Of a DNA stretch of 64,000 bases, positions 11,156-22,410 are shown piece after piece; within the stretch, counting starts at the first letter, position 1, and every line of letters begins with the position of its first letter. A model generated the notes under the pieces. That model was not told where the DNA came from. It saw only the letters and a program-made list of their open reading frames with translations, and made no database searches. The stretch lies in assembly GCA_052279835.1 (NCBI GenBank), contig CP181291.1:2784001-2848000 (forward strand), read 5' to 3'. This DNA is from Microcoleus sp. (GTDB lineage: Bacteria; Cyanobacteriota; Cyanobacteriia; Cyanobacteriales; Microcoleaceae). The position numbers were made by a program, and so were the translations under genes.

Positions 11156-13294
11156 ATGGGAAAGGTGATAGGCATCGACTTAGGCACAACCAACAGTTGC
11201 GTAGCTGTGTTAGAGGGCGGTAAACCAGTCGTGATCGCCAATTCTGAGGGCGGTCGCACAACTCCGAGCATAGTAGGATTTGGTAAAGGGGGCGATCGCT
11301 TAGTAGGTCAATTGGCCAAGCGGCAAGCTGTCACTAATGCTGTAAACACTGTCTACAGCATCAAACGATTTATCGGACGTCGTTGGGATGACACAGAAGA
11401 AGAAAGATCCCGGACACCCTATACCTGCATTAAAGGCAAAGACGATACCGTTAACGTCCAAATTCGGAACAAGGTTCACACCCCCCAAGAAATTTCGGCA
11501 ATGGTACTCCAAAAGCTGAAGCAGGATGCAGAAGCTTATTTGGGACAACCTGTTACCCAAGCAGTGATTACAGTCCCTGCCTACTTCACCGATGCCCAGC
11601 GACAAGCGACTAAGGACGCAGGTACGATCGCAGGTTTAGAAGTCCTGCGGATAGTCAACGAACCCACAGCCGCCGCCCTTTCCTACGGCTTGGACAAACA
11701 AAATATAGAACAAAAAATCTTAGTATTTGACCTCGGAGGCGGTACCTTCGATGTTTCCATCCTGCAACTGGGAGACGGAATTTTTGAAGTCAACGCCACT
11801 GCGGGTAATAATCATCTGGGAGGAGATGACTTTGACAACTGCATCGTGCAGTGGCTGGTTGAAGCTTTTCGCACCAAAGAAGGCACGGACCTGTCAAAAG
11901 ACAAAATGGCCTTGCAACGCCTCCGAGAAGCCGCCGAAAAAGCAAAAATAGAACTTTCTAGTTGCGAATCAACCTCCATCAATTTGCCCTTTATTTCCTC
12001 AGATGAAAAAGGGCCAAAGCATCTGGAAATGCCACTTTCCAAAGCTAAGTTTGAAAAACTGGTCGCTCATTTAGTCCAAGCCACGATCGACCCTGTAACT
12101 CAAGCCCTCAAAGACGCCAGTTTGACCCCAAAAAATATAGATCGAATTATTTTAGTAGGAGGGTCAACCCGAATTCCGGCAGTTCAAGAGGCAATTAGCA
12201 AATATTTTGGTGGCGTATCTCCCGATAAATCGGTCAATCCTGACGAAGCTGTAGCCGTAGGTGCCGCCATTCAAGCCGGGGTGTTGGGTGGCGAGGTCAA
12301 GGATTTGCTACTGCTAGACGTGACTCCCCTGTCCCTAGGACTCGAAACCTTGGGCGGAGTGTTCACCAAAGTCATTGAACGCAATACCACTATCCCCACG
12401 AGTCGATCGCAAATGTACAGCACGGCCGCAGACGGCCAAACTTCCGTAGAAATTCATGCCCTGCAAGGTGAACGGGCATTAGTCAAAGACAATAAAAGTC
12501 TGGGCAAATTCCTGCTCAAAGGTATTCCCCCAGCACCCCGTGGCATACCTCAAATCGAAGTTACCTTTGAAATCGATGCCAACGGCATTCTGAAAGTTTC
12601 CGCTCAAGACAAGGGAACCTCAAAAGAACAGAGCATCCAAATTTCCAATACAGGGGGATTGAGCGAAACCGAAGTCGAGCGGATGAGACAAGAGGCAGAA
12701 CTTTACGCCGAGGAAGACCTCCAACGGGCCCAACTTGTCGAACTCAAAAATCAAGCCGACACCCTGGTCTATAATTGTGGTGTCACCTTAAAAACCAATG
12801 CCCAATTACTAGGCGACGACCTGAAGGCAGAAGCCCAAACAGCATCTGTTACCTTGCGGGCAGCGATGGCTAACCCAGACATCACCTGCGAAGAACTCGA
12901 AGCACAAATCGAATCTTTCAAGCAACTGCTATACTCGCTTGGTACTGCTGTTTACGAGCAAGCTCGGAACGAGGAAGCCACTTCCCCCACTGTGGTTGCC
13001 AGCGAATCGGTGCCAGAATTAGATGAGGTTGCAGTTAGCGATGAAAGTATCTTGCCGACAGAAGACCTAATGACGATCGCGGAACCAACGCTGAAACCAA
13101 AGGCGGAACCAAAGCCGGAACCAAAGCCGGAATTAAGGCCCGAACCAAAGCCGGAATCAAAACGGCAACCAAAGCCGGAATTAAGGCCAGAACCAAAGCC
13201 GGAACCAAAACGCGACAAACAGCAAAATCTACAGACAAAACCAAAACCGCAGGTTCCCGAACCTGAAGTTGATGATATGAATCCTTTCCTTTAA
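11156..13294 (+). CDS. dnaK: Chaperone DnaK (Hsp70), grpE-linked paralogue with Pro/Lys/Glu-rich C-terminal extension
   Basis: [25 protein letters not shown] and [11 protein letters not shown]. Confidence 0.97.
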   Translation: MGKVIGIDLGTTNSCVAVLEGGKPVVIANSEGGRTTPSIVGFGKGGDRLVGQLAKRQAVTNAVNTVYSIKRFIGRRWDDTEEERSRTPYTCIKGKDDTVNVQIRNKVHTPQEISAMVLQKLKQDAEAYLGQPVTQAVITVPAYFTDAQRQATKDAGTIAGLEVLRIVNEPTAAALSYGLDKQNIEQKILVFDLGGGTFDVSILQLGDGIFEVNATAGNNHLGGDDFDNCIVQWLVEAFRTKEGTDLSKDKMALQRLREAAEKAKIELSSCESTSINLPFISSDEKGPKHLEMPLSKAKFEKLVAHLVQATIDPVTQALKDASLTPKNIDRIILVGGSTRIPAVQEAISKYFGGVSPDKSVNPDEAVAVGAAIQAGVLGGEVKDLLLLDVTPLSLGLETLGGVFTKVIERNTTIPTSRSQMYSTAADGQTSVEIHALQGERALVKDNKSLGKFLLKGIPPAPRGIPQIEVTFEIDANGILKVSAQDKGTSKEQSIQISNTGGLSETEVERMRQEAELYAEEDLQRAQLVELKNQADTLVYNCGVTLKTNAQLLGDDLKAEAQTASVTLRAAMANPDITCEELEAQIESFKQLLYSLGTAVYEQARNEEATSPTVVASESVPELDEVAVSDESILPTEDLMTIAEPTLKPKAEPKPEPKPELRPEPKPESKRQPKPELRPEPKPEPKRDKQQNLQTKPKPQVPEPEVDDMNPFL

Positions 13295-13304
13295 AAATTA
13301 AAAA

Positions 13305-13352
13305 TTAAAGATTAAAAGTTACAAATAAACGCTCGTAATTTTTAATCTTTAA
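13305..13352 (+). terminator. AT-rich hairpin between dnaK and dnaJ
   Basis: TTAAAGATTAAAAGTTAC...GTAATTTTTAATCTTTAA imperfect inverted repeat. Confidence 0.4.
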
Positions 13353-13419
13353 CATCTGGAAAGGTCAATAGTTTCTTTTTCGTACACTTTTTGTTATTTA
13401 CCTCCAGGCAAACAGCTTT

Positions 13420-14550
13420 ATGGCCGGCGATTACTATGAAATATTAGGCGTTTCTCGAAGCGCAGACAAAGAAGAAATTAAGCGTGCCTACCGCCGCCTA
13501 GCTCGTAAGTACCATCCAGACGTGAATAAAGAACCCGGTGCCGAAGACCGGTTTAAAGAAATTAACCGTGCTTACGAGGTACTGTCAGAGCCGGAAACCC
13601 GTGCTCGCTTTGACCGTTTTGGCGAAGCAGGGGTTAGTGGTGCAGGAGCGCCGGGGTTCCAAGACTTCGGCGACAGTTTTGCCGATATCTTTGAAAGCTT
13701 CTTTCAGGGTTTTCAGGGAGGGGTAGGCGGTCCACAACAACAAGGTCGCAGACGCAGCGGGCCCGTGCGCGGTGACGATTTACGCCTGGATTTGCGACTG
13801 GATTTTCGCGAAGCAGTGTTCGGTGGGGAAAAAGAACTCCGCATCAAGCACCTAGAAACCTGCGAAACTTGCACTGGCACCGGCGCAAAACCGGGAACCA
13901 GACCCCAAACCTGCTCGACTTGCAGTGGCGGTGGCCAAGTCCGGCGCGCTACCCGTACTCCCTTTGGCAGTTTTACTCAAGTTTCAGTTTGCCCCACCTG
14001 CAATGGCACCGGGCAAGTGATTGAGGACAAGTGCGAAACTTGTGGCGGCCGCGGCCAAAAAGAAGTGATGAAAAAGCTGAAAATTACCATCCCGGCAGGG
14101 GTTGACAATGGTACTCGTTTGCGCGTTTCCAATGAAGGGGATGCTGGCAAACTGGGGGGGCCACCAGGGGATTTATACGTGTTCTTGGCTGTGAGTGAAG
14201 ACCCCGTATTTAAGCGCGAAGGTACTAACATTAACTCGGAAGTTAAAATTAGTTACTTGCAAGCAATTTTGGGGTGCAGGTTGGAAGTGGACACTGTAGA
14301 CGGGCCGACGGAATTGTTGATTCCTACGGGAACTCAGCCGCATACAGTTCTGACTCTGGAGAAAAAAGGTGTACCTCGATTGGGAAATCCAGTCAGTCGT
14401 GGGGACCATTTGATTACGGTGTCTATTGACATTCCTACTAAGGTGACGACTGAGGAACGGGAATTGTTGATGCAGTTGGCTAAGCTCAAGGGCGATCGTA
14501 CCGGAAAAGGTGGCTTGGAGGGATTTCTGGGAAATCTGTTTCAGAAATAA
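13420..14550 (+). CDS. dnaJ: Chaperone DnaJ (type I)
   Basis: J-domain HPD motif, G/F region, and four CxxCxGxG zinc-finger repeats. Confidence 0.97.
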   Translation: MAGDYYEILGVSRSADKEEIKRAYRRLARKYHPDVNKEPGAEDRFKEINRAYEVLSEPETRARFDRFGEAGVSGAGAPGFQDFGDSFADIFESFFQGFQGGVGGPQQQGRRRSGPVRGDDLRLDLRLDFREAVFGGEKELRIKHLETCETCTGTGAKPGTRPQTCSTCSGGGQVRRATRTPFGSFTQVSVCPTCNGTGQVIEDKCETCGGRGQKEVMKKLKITIPAGVDNGTRLRVSNEGDAGKLGGPPGDLYVFLAVSEDPVFKREGTNINSEVKISYLQAILGCRLEVDTVDGPTELLIPTGTQPHTVLTLEKKGVPRLGNPVSRGDHLITVSIDIPTKVTTEERELLMQLAKLKGDRTGKGGLEGFLGNLFQK

Positions 14551-14568
14551 GCAAAAAAATGAGCGCAG

Positions 14569-14626
14569 TTTATTATTTCTGAAAAAAATGAGCGCAATTG
14601 CGCTCATTTTTTCTTAAAATAATAAT
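14569..14626. terminator. Long palindrome downstream of dnaJ
   Basis: Perfect AAAAAATGAGCGCAA|TTGCGCTCATTTTTT core extended by TTATTATTT...AAATAATAA. Confidence 0.5.
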
Positions 14627-14786
14627 AAATTGCCTCTTCGGGATTTACGCACGCCGAGTCAAAAACCTGCTGGTTAAGCCCTTCGACTACGCTCAGGATA
14701 AACTGCATCGAAACCAGTTTTTTCTTCCTTCTTCCTTATTCCTTCTTCCTTATTCCTTCTTCCTTCTTCCTTCTTCCTTCCGCCAT

Positions 14787-15074
14787 ATGAATTCAACATC
14801 GAAAATTGAAAATCCCCAATCCCCAGATGCTCAGCTCGATCTGCGGGGTACGCCCTGTCCGATCAATTTTGTCCGAACTAAACTGCGGTTGGAGCAAATG
14901 GCTCCAGGAGCGGTTTTGGAGGTTTGGTTGGACGCTGGGGAGCCGATCGAACAAGTGCCTGATAGTCTAAAAATGGAAGGCTACCAAATTCTCGAAACCC
15001 AATATATGTCTTCTGATGATAATTCAGGGTTTTTTGCCATGAAAGTGCAGCGACCTGAACAGGAAATAGCATGA
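14787..15074 (+). CDS. TusA/SirA-family sulfurtransferase-like protein
   Basis: LDLRGTPCPINFVRTKLRLEQM motif. ATG at 14787; the upstream ORF extension is translated repeat. Confidence 0.88.
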   Translation: MNSTSKIENPQSPDAQLDLRGTPCPINFVRTKLRLEQMAPGAVLEVWLDAGEPIEQVPDSLKMEGYQILETQYMSSDDNSGFFAMKVQRPEQEIA

Positions 15075-16282
15075 GCCGGGATTCTTCCTTGATTACGGGT
15101 AATGTTGTGGCTGTTCAGGCTAACTTCTATCAAGTGAGGTTAGATCCAGATGCCAGCACTGATGGGGCACATCCTCTTTTAGCCGATCTTCCCATTCTCC
15201 TGTGTACTCGCCGCACTAGACTGAAAAAAATTGGTCAACAGGTGATGGTGGGCGATCGCGTCGTGGTAGAAGAACCAGACTGGAACGATCGCAGGGGTGT
15301 CATTTCTCAAGTGTTTCCCCGCCAAACAGAACTAAATCGGCCACCTGTAGCTAATGCCGATCGCATTCTCCTAGTTTTTGCCCTCACGGAACCCGACTTA
15401 GACCCCGCATCATTAAGTCGGTTTTTAGTCAAGGCAGAATCTACAGGTTTGGAGGTGAGTTTGTGTCTCAACAAATGCGATTTAGTCACGGCCGAGGATT
15501 TGGCACAGTGGCGCGATCGGCTGAAAGGATGGGGATACGAACCCATGTTTATTAGTGTCCGTAGCGGCTTAGGAATCTACAAGCAAACCGCTAATGACAG
15601 TCAAAATCAAGTTTCTGCCACAAACCCAAATTTATTAGACAAAATCGACACATCTTGTCTTCCTCTTGAGGGACGTGAAGTGCTTCTGACTTCCCCCCTT
15701 GGAGAAGCCTTATCTCTCCAAAGTCACCTCCAAGGCAAAATAACCGTAATTTGCGGCCCTTCTGGAGTGGGTAAGTCCAGCTTAATCAACCAACTAATTC
15801 CGGCACTGAATCTGCGAGTCAGTGCTGTTTCGGGCAAACTAGGGCGCGGCAGACACACTACTCGCCATGTAGAATTGTTTGAACTCCCAGGTGGCGGACT
15901 TTTGGCCGATACTCCAGGCTTTAATCAGCCGACACTTGAATGCGAACCATCTGAGTTAGCTCAATATTTCCCAGAAGCTCGTCAGAGGCTGGCTTTGGGT
16001 AGTTGCCAGTTTAGCGACTGCTCGCACCGCCATGAGCCTAACTGTGTCGTGCGGGGCGATTGGGAACGCTATGAGTATTATTTGCAGTTTCTGTCCGAGG
16101 CGATTGTCCGTCAGCAACAAGAGCTAAACTCTAGTAGTGCGGAGGCGAGTTTGAAGCAGCAAACTAAGTCTGATGGTACGCAGCAATACGAACCCAAGTT
16201 GCAAACTAAAAAATATCGCCGCTCTTCCCGCCGCCTTCAACACCAGTCGCTGCAAGATATGTGTCAAGACGACTTATTCTAG
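15071..16282 (+). CDS. rsgA: Small ribosomal subunit biogenesis GTPase RsgA
   Basis: Circularly permuted GTPase motifs NKCD, GPSGVGKSS, GRHTT and DTPG, followed by a CQFSDCSHRHEPNC zinc site. Confidence 0.95.
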   Translation: MSRDSSLITGNVVAVQANFYQVRLDPDASTDGAHPLLADLPILLCTRRTRLKKIGQQVMVGDRVVVEEPDWNDRRGVISQVFPRQTELNRPPVANADRILLVFALTEPDLDPASLSRFLVKAESTGLEVSLCLNKCDLVTAEDLAQWRDRLKGWGYEPMFISVRSGLGIYKQTANDSQNQVSATNPNLLDKIDTSCLPLEGREVLLTSPLGEALSLQSHLQGKITVICGPSGVGKSSLINQLIPALNLRVSAVSGKLGRGRHTTRHVELFELPGGGLLADTPGFNQPTLECEPSELAQYFPEARQRLALGSCQFSDCSHRHEPNCVVRGDWERYEYYLQFLSEAIVRQQQELNSSSAEASLKQQTKSDGTQQYEPKLQTKKYRRSSRRLQHQSLQDMCQDDLF

Positions 16283-16411
16283 GTTGGAGCAAATAGTCGA
16301 TCGGCTTCAGAACAGGGTAAATTAATAGCTAAAATTAAATGGCCTTAAATTTCTTAAAAAAAAAGTACAACAGAAGTATCATTTAGCAGGTTATGCGGGA
16401 GTAAAAATACT

Positions 16412-17173
16412 GTGAATATTCAAGAACTGTTTCAAAAAGGCGGCCCAGCCATGTACCCCCTGTTGGTGCTGTCTATTCTATCTGTAAGTACAATTATCGA
16501 GCGCTTATGGTTCTGGGCGAGCCTCCTCACTAAGGAAAAGCAAATAGTCAACCGCATCCTCGATGCTGCTCGCACCGATTGGGGTGCTGCTAATGAAATT
16601 GCTAGACAAGCTAATAGACAGCCCATCGGTCGATTTTTATCTGCTCCTCTGCGACTGTACAATCCTGAACCAGAATTATTTCGACTCGCACTGGAATCTG
16701 CTGCTGATGAAGAGTTGGCTTCTATGCGCCGTGGAGACAAAGTATTAGAATCGGTGATCGCTTTATCACCTTTGTTGGGATTGCTGGGAACTGTTTTGGG
16801 CTTGATTAACTCCCTGAGTTCCATTCGGCTGGGTGACATCGGCACCGCAGCTACTACTGGCGTGACTTTGGGGATTAGCGAAGCACTGATCACTACAGCT
16901 TCTGGGATGGTAGTAGCAATTTTTACTTTAGTCTTTTATCGCATATTTCAAGCTTTTTTGTTCAATCAGGCAAAAATTTTTCGCAAAGCTGGAAATGAAC
17001 TGGAATTGCTCTACAGACAATATTGGCCCACGGCTAACGCTAAAGGTCGATCGCCTAGTACAGAAACACAGCAATTCTTCCTTTGGTGTCGATGGCTTGA
17101 ACCGCCATTCCCTCAATTCTCAAGAATCTATGGAACGAAATCGAGAGCCGAAATTGAAAGGTTCCGATCCTGA
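16412..17173 (+). CDS. exbB: MotA/TolQ/ExbB proton channel family protein
   Basis: [22 protein letters not shown] and [12 protein letters not shown]; upstream of an exbD-like gene. Confidence 0.9.
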   Translation: MNIQELFQKGGPAMYPLLVLSILSVSTIIERLWFWASLLTKEKQIVNRILDAARTDWGAANEIARQANRQPIGRFLSAPLRLYNPEPELFRLALESAADEELASMRRGDKVLESVIALSPLLGLLGTVLGLINSLSSIRLGDIGTAATTGVTLGISEALITTASGMVVAIFTLVFYRIFQAFLFNQAKIFRKAGNELELLYRQYWPTANAKGRSPSTETQQFFLWCRWLEPPFPQFSRIYGTKSRAEIERFRS

Positions 17174-17194
17174 TGTTGATTCAACTTCTAACAA

Positions 17195-17318
17195 GTGAAC
17201 TACCTACACCCACCGCTTAGGCGGTAGGTTTGAGGCTTCCAACTTCGACGAAAGGAGCCCATTGGTGTCAACCCGCACTAAGCTGAGTAAAGCTATAGTG
17301 GCCCAATCCCCGCCGAGC
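17195..17318 (-). mobile_element. IS200/IS605-family right-end remnant (TnpB reRNA/omegaRNA scaffold-like), no ORF
   Basis: Minus strand ends GGAAGCCTCAAACCTACCGCCTAAGCGGTGGGTGTAGGTAGTTCAC, i.e. a subterminal hairpin plus terminal TCAC. The inner boundary is approximate. Confidence 0.55.
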
Positions 17319-17339
17319 TAGTTAAAACCTTGAAAAACA

Positions 17340-18035
17340 ATGAAAATTCATCTAGATACTCCTGCTGAAGAGGCTCGGATTGAACTGGTACCTTTAATTG
17401 ATGTGATATTTTGCATTCTGACGTTTTTTCTGCTGGCTGCTTTGCAACTGACTCGCCAGCAAGCAATTAATGTCGATTTGCCTAAAGCCAAAACTGGACA
17501 AACCCAGATGCGAGAAATGCTGATTGTCAGCATTGATGACTTTGGGCAAACTTATATTGATCAATTGCCTGTTAATTATCAACAGCTCGATCGAGTTTTA
17601 AACAGTTTCCACAAGCAAAATCCTGCGGGATTGACGGTGCTATACGCTCCTCAAAATGCCAAGTACGCCAAAGTGGTGGAGGTTTTGGATAAATTGCGAG
17701 AAGTAGGAGGCGATCGAGTCGCCCTAGCAACTCTTCCTAGTTCGGCTCCATCCCCGCAGCCAACTCCCTCGGTTCCCAATTCTGGCATTCCCGTCGCACC
17801 ACCCACCGGAAATCGGACTCAACCCCAGCCCTATCCTCTGGCAACTCCCTCGAACCCTCCACAACCTCAGTTACAAGTACCACCGCCCCAGCAGTTGAAT
17901 CAAAGTCAGTTTCCATCCCCTCTCCCGACTCCTAGCCAGGGGGTTAGCAAATCTCCTGTTTCCCCTGCACCCACTGCTCCTAATATCGGGCCGGGAGTCG
18001 CAACTCCATCGCAGAATGTTGCGCCTCAAAATTAG
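17340..18035 (+). CDS. exbD: ExbD/TolR biopolymer transport protein with Pro-rich tail
   Basis: RIELVPLIDVIFCILTFFLL and INVDLPKA. Confidence 0.9.
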   Translation: MKIHLDTPAEEARIELVPLIDVIFCILTFFLLAALQLTRQQAINVDLPKAKTGQTQMREMLIVSIDDFGQTYIDQLPVNYQQLDRVLNSFHKQNPAGLTVLYAPQNAKYAKVVEVLDKLREVGGDRVALATLPSSAPSPQPTPSVPNSGIPVAPPTGNRTQPQPYPLATPSNPPQPQLQVPPPQQLNQSQFPSPLPTPSQGVSKSPVSPAPTAPNIGPGVATPSQNVAPQN

Positions 18036-18322
18036 GCAATATATTGATTTATCATCTAGGCATTGGCCAAACAGGGCATTGGCCAAACAGGGCATTGGCA
18101 TCGGACTTCGGACACTGAGCGTAGTCGAAGTGTCGAAGAACCTTCTTCCTTCTTCCTTAAAAAATCGGTATAAATCGCTGCAATTATTTTGGTTCGTATT
18201 GAGCTTTTTTTCTCTAGACAAGTATATATATTTATATATATCTACAGAAGGAACCTTTGTCTGCTGCTAGCCATCTCTACTCATAGATTATTTCTTAGGA
18301 AAGATGGTATTTTTGTCAAATC

Positions 18323-18340
18323 ATTGTTACCTTTTGTAAT
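18323..18340 (-). promoter_or_regulatory. HLR1-like (RpaB) direct repeat upstream of nblA
   Basis: Reverse complement ATTACAAA-AG-GTAACAAT, one mismatch per half-site to (G/T)TTACA(T/A)(T/A)-N2 repeated. Confidence 0.45.
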
Positions 18341-18466
18341 ATAGCTAAAGCAAGATGGGCTTTAGGTCATCCTGAAACCAACTAGCGTGAGCTGGAACAA
18401 CTTACAAAACCGGTGAATCCAGGTTTGTACTTTCAAGTCACCTCTACTTGTCAAGGAGTCAAAGTC

Positions 18467-18664
18467 ATGAACCAACCAGCAGAACTATCTTTGGAACAGC
18501 AATTTAGCCTGTGCTCCTTTAAAACACAGGTCAATGACATGAGCCGCGAGCAAGCTCAAGAGTTTCTAGTTAAGCTCTACGAACAAATGATGTTGCGGGA
18601 AACCATGTATCGTCATTTTCTGAAACACCACTGGGGCCTAGAACCAAACCCTGGTCTTGAGTAA
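18467..18664 (+). CDS. nblA: Phycobilisome degradation protein NblA
   Basis: MNQPAELSLEQQFSL...MSREQAQEFLVKLYEQMM...HHWGL; AGGAG SD upstream. Confidence 0.93.
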   Translation: MNQPAELSLEQQFSLCSFKTQVNDMSREQAQEFLVKLYEQMMLRETMYRHFLKHHWGLEPNPGLE

Positions 18665-19012
18665 TGTCAAGTCGCAGTGGGCGACCTCCGTCTCTTACTC
18701 TCTTCCCAGATGGAAATGAGTTGGGGGTGATGGGGCGTCAACTCGAAGCGACAAGTTACAACCTATAGAAAGCAGAAGGTATTTTAACAAACTCGTCCTT
18801 GAATCTGAACATTTGAGGCTTTCTGTTCGGCAGTTGCGATCGCTCAGAGCAAATTATTTAAAAAAATCAAATATATTCGTCTCAACTTGCAGCAGATAAG
18901 GTTGCACAAAAATTTAGTGAGTCGGACATCTGAAACCGACATCCGACTAACAAGACTTTAAATTTTTCAATCAAAGCCCAAGTATTTGGCTATTTAGTCT
19001 AGCTCAAAACAT

Positions 19013-19462
19013 CTATTCCGACTGACGTTCCAAGGTAGCCTCCATGGTGCTGGTTAAGTAATGACCAGACATGATGCCGCTAGAGTGGTAGTAGCGGTTG
19101 CTATCGACGCGGTGAAGGGTATCAAAACCTGTTCGCCGTTGGCGTTCGTCTCCGAGTACCCAGTAACGTTGGACGATCGACTGGGGAGCGATCCAACCTT
19201 CGCCCTCGACGCGGCCAAGTTCGCTGTGCTGGAGCACAAAAGTATACTGCCGTTCATCGCTGTTGAGGTGTCCTCGGTACTGTAAAATAAGTTCTTCGCG
19301 ATCGCCTCCAGGAAACACGAGCTTCGTCACCATACTGAACCAATCTGTTCGGTTCCAGCTCACTAAAGTTTTGCCTTTAACCGTAATTGGCACGCCATTG
19401 CGCTCAATCCAACTTCCTTCGAGCGTCCATTGGCCTGATTCCATTAAAAACGTGTGAGCCAC
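19013..19462 (-). CDS. Conserved cyanobacterial hypothetical protein
   Basis: GTG start giving MAHTFLMESGQW. Motifs LGRVEGEGWI and IVQRYW. Confidence 0.7.
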   Translation of the reverse strand: MAHTFLMESGQWTLEGSWIERNGVPITVKGKTLVSWNRTDWFSMVTKLVFPGGDREELILQYRGHLNSDERQYTFVLQHSELGRVEGEGWIAPQSIVQRYWVLGDERQRRTGFDTLHRVDSNRYYHSSGIMSGHYLTSTMEATLERQSE

Positions 19463-19554
19463 AGTGCTGTTCCTATGCTTTTCCTGCTGGCTAAAATGCT
19501 GTTGCAACAACGCACAGCCGTTGTCTCTCAAAGTATATGGTATCACGCCCAACT

Positions 19555-20724
19555 CTACCCACAGGAGTTAATTTCTCCTAAAAGTACGGGGGCTGAAGCA
19601 CCAGTAACTTGAGGGAGATTACCCGGAATACCTAGAACCCGCCAGTGGGCTAAAACCGCGAAAGCGATCGCCTCTTTAAAATCTACATTCAAGCCCGCCT
19701 CAGAAGTAGTCAACACTTGCACGGAATGCAATTGTGATTGTAATCGGCTTTTTAAGTAGAGATTGTGGCTACCGCCCCCGCATAGCAAAACTCGATCGGG
19801 CATCTGCGGTAAAAAAGTTTGGTAACTGTGAACGATGGAGGCAACTGTCAGTTCTGTCAGAGTAGCCAGCACATCAGCAGGACTGAGCTTGTAATCAGAA
19901 GCCTCGACCAAACAACGGTTAAAATAGTCTACACCAAATAACTCTCGCCCTGTAGATTTTGGCGGTTTTTCCAGGAAGAACTCTTGCTGGAGCCAAGCTT
20001 CTACTAAAGCTTGACAAGGAGTACCAAGGGCTGCCCCTGCTCCATTTTCATCACAAGTTTGAGTTCCCCCGGAGAAGTGTTGCACCGCTAAATCTAATAG
20101 AGAATTTGCCGGCCCTGTATCCCAGCCCAAAATGCGATCCCCCCAATGGGAAACCACAGAGTTGTCCTTCCAGGGACTATTGTCCCTGGAAGGTAGATAA
20201 GTCACATTGCCAATTCCACCCAGATTTTGGATGCACAGATTGAGATTGGGTTGTGCCAACAAGTAAGCATCAACTATAGGCACTAAAGGAGCTCCTTGAC
20301 CCCCGGCAGCAATGTCTGCCGCTCGAAAGTTGCTCACAGTAGTAATGCCTGTCAATGACGCAATCAGCGCGCCCCGCCCTAGTTGCAAGCTGTAACCCAT
20401 CTCCCCCTTCAGGGCTGGTCGGTGGTAGACGGTTTGCCCGTGAGACCCGATTAATTCAGCTCGATCGTACTTTGCTTGAATAGTCAAGGCTGCGGTGGCA
20501 AATTCTTGGGCGATGGCGTCATCCAATGCAGCTAGTTCTGCCATGGACAAAGCAGCCCCGCTGCAAACTGAAAGAATTTGCGATCGCAAATCAGGAGAAT
20601 AAGGAAAAGTGTTACCTGCTAACAACTCAATTTTCAAGTCAGTTTGGGAACCGACCACATCCACCAAAGCAGCATCAATGCCATCCACTGAGGTGCCGCT
20701 GATCAAACCGATAACGCGAGTCAT
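19555..20724 (-). CDS. anmK: Anhydro-N-acetylmuramic acid kinase
   Basis: [39 protein letters not shown] and PKSTGRE. Confidence 0.95.
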   Translation of the reverse strand: MTRVIGLISGTSVDGIDAALVDVVGSQTDLKIELLAGNTFPYSPDLRSQILSVCSGAALSMAELAALDDAIAQEFATAALTIQAKYDRAELIGSHGQTVYHRPALKGEMGYSLQLGRGALIASLTGITTVSNFRAADIAAGGQGAPLVPIVDAYLLAQPNLNLCIQNLGGIGNVTYLPSRDNSPWKDNSVVSHWGDRILGWDTGPANSLLDLAVQHFSGGTQTCDENGAGAALGTPCQALVEAWLQQEFFLEKPPKSTGRELFGVDYFNRCLVEASDYKLSPADVLATLTELTVASIVHSYQTFLPQMPDRVLLCGGGSHNLYLKSRLQSQLHSVQVLTTSEAGLNVDFKEAIAFAVLAHWRVLGIPGNLPQVTGASAPVLLGEINSCG

Positions 20725-20726
20725 TC

Positions 20727-20765
20727 GATTTTAGATTTTAGATTTTAGATTTTAGATTTTAGATT
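20727..20765. repeat. (GATTTTA)n heptamer array
   Basis: About 5 tandem copies between the phosphatase gene and anmK. Confidence 0.8.
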
Positions 20766-20784
20766 GTCCGGGCGTGGACTGGAT

Positions 20785-21516
20785 TTATTTGAGGTCGATA
20801 GTGACAATCACCAGAGTAATATTGTCACGGCCGCCTTTCTCCTTAGCTGCTTCAATCAAAGCAGTTGCAGCCGCTTCACAGGGGCGAATCGACTTCAGAG
20901 GTCCAGCAATCAAAGGATCGGAAAGTTCCTCAGTCAAACCGTCGCTACACAACAGCAAGCGATCCCCAGGCTTGACATCCACCGGCAGAATATCTATCTC
21001 ACGCAAATCCTCACGGCCCAAACACTGGGACAAAACGTGACGCCAGGGATGATTGCGAGCCTGTTCAGCAGTCAGAGCCTTTCTTTGTACAGCTTGAGCC
21101 ACCCAAGTTTGGTCTTCAGTAATCTGATCCAAATGAGAGCCATGCAGTCGGTACAAGCGAGAGTCACCGACATTAGCACACCAAGGCCGCCCCTCATCCC
21201 GGAACACTACCACCACAGCCGTAGTCCCCATATCAGCCCGTTCGGGATGGTTGAGCTGATCGTTCAAAATTGCTTGATTGGCGATTAAAAAAGCCTGTTC
21301 TAACAACAGGGGAGAATCCTCTGGGCCTTCCCAATGTTCTACCAGATAAGATTTAATTGCCTCAGTAGCAATCCGGCTGGCTTCTTGACCTCCGGCGTGT
21401 CCTCCCATGCCGTCGGCCACGATGAAAAACCGCCCCTCCGAGTCGATGTAGTACGAATCCTGATTTACTGAACGAACTAACCCTGTATCTGTCTGACCTG
21501 CGAAAGAGAGTTTCAT
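20785..21516 (-). CDS. PP2C/PPM-family Ser/Thr phosphatase (PphA-like)
   Basis: VADGMGGH, MGTT, NVGDSRLY, LLCSDGL and GGRDNIT. Confidence 0.92.
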   Translation of the reverse strand: MKLSFAGQTDTGLVRSVNQDSYYIDSEGRFFIVADGMGGHAGGQEASRIATEAIKSYLVEHWEGPEDSPLLLEQAFLIANQAILNDQLNHPERADMGTTAVVVVFRDEGRPWCANVGDSRLYRLHGSHLDQITEDQTWVAQAVQRKALTAEQARNHPWRHVLSQCLGREDLREIDILPVDVKPGDRLLLCSDGLTEELSDPLIAGPLKSIRPCEAAATALIEAAKEKGGRDNITLVIVTIDLK

Positions 21517-21957
21517 CTCAAACCTCCAAGAAACCTCCACCATAGCTGTACTCAGCACGGTGGTGGGAGAAAGGTAGGCTTAATTGTAAAACATCCCTTA
21601 AGTGTATTTGTGCATGAGCACCAACCATGAGAGAGACTGTTAAATAATTAACAAATTTCTTAAGTCCCATAGGAGTCAATGTCCTGTTTGTGAATATGTG
21701 TGCCAGCTCTGTGAGTCATCCTTTGTATCAGCCCCTACGTGGTTGAAATATAAAAAATTCCCGACTTGCACTCGATCGCAATTCTCTCCATGTATTCGCC
21801 TAATTTTGGGAAACCGAGCGTCGCAACTCTAACAATATCACTTGTTTGAAAACTAAAGTAACATTTTGTTCTTTCACAGTTTGACACTGGGATTTTTGTA
21901 TCTTCAAGGCTCAAAGTCAAATAATAGCCATCAGCTTTTTTAGTGAATGATGGGGTT

Positions 21958-22195
21958 TTGACACTCCCCGGTCTGAAAACGCGGGGATTCTTAAGGACAA
22001 ACTTTGGGCGGATTCATCCCCCAAAGTTTAATTCTTAAAGGGTTAGTCAGCAACCCCCTACCGACTCGCTCTGCAGATTGAGTCTGTGGCTACTTTTGAT
22101 TTGCGGATGATATTAGCTCCATCATTAACGTCTGCATTAATTAACAACCCAGTGCTATAACGGTACAAACCTCGCTTGATTCGCTTACCCGATGG
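21958..22195 (-). mobile_element. IS200/IS605 remnant: tnpB 3' fragment plus right end (reRNA scaffold)
   Basis: Minus strand encodes SGKRIKRGLYRYSTGLLINADVNDGANIIRK (TnpB RuvC-III region) and ends GAATCCCCGCGTTTTCAGACCGGGGAGTGTCAA. Confidence 0.8.
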
Positions 22196-22410
22196 CTGCC
22201 AATAAACAAGCAGGTCAGGTGTGATATGGGAACGCTTTTGCTCACACCAATTCAAGCTATTTGCCAATAAATAATTGTCATGAAATGCCACCAGGGAACA
22301 TCTCAATAGCTGGCATTGGTAATAGGGAGAAATCTCAACTATGCAATTTAAAATCTCCCATTCCACGGCGGTCTCGACAGAGCCAGCAGAAACTAGCGGA
22401 ATTGACAGCC

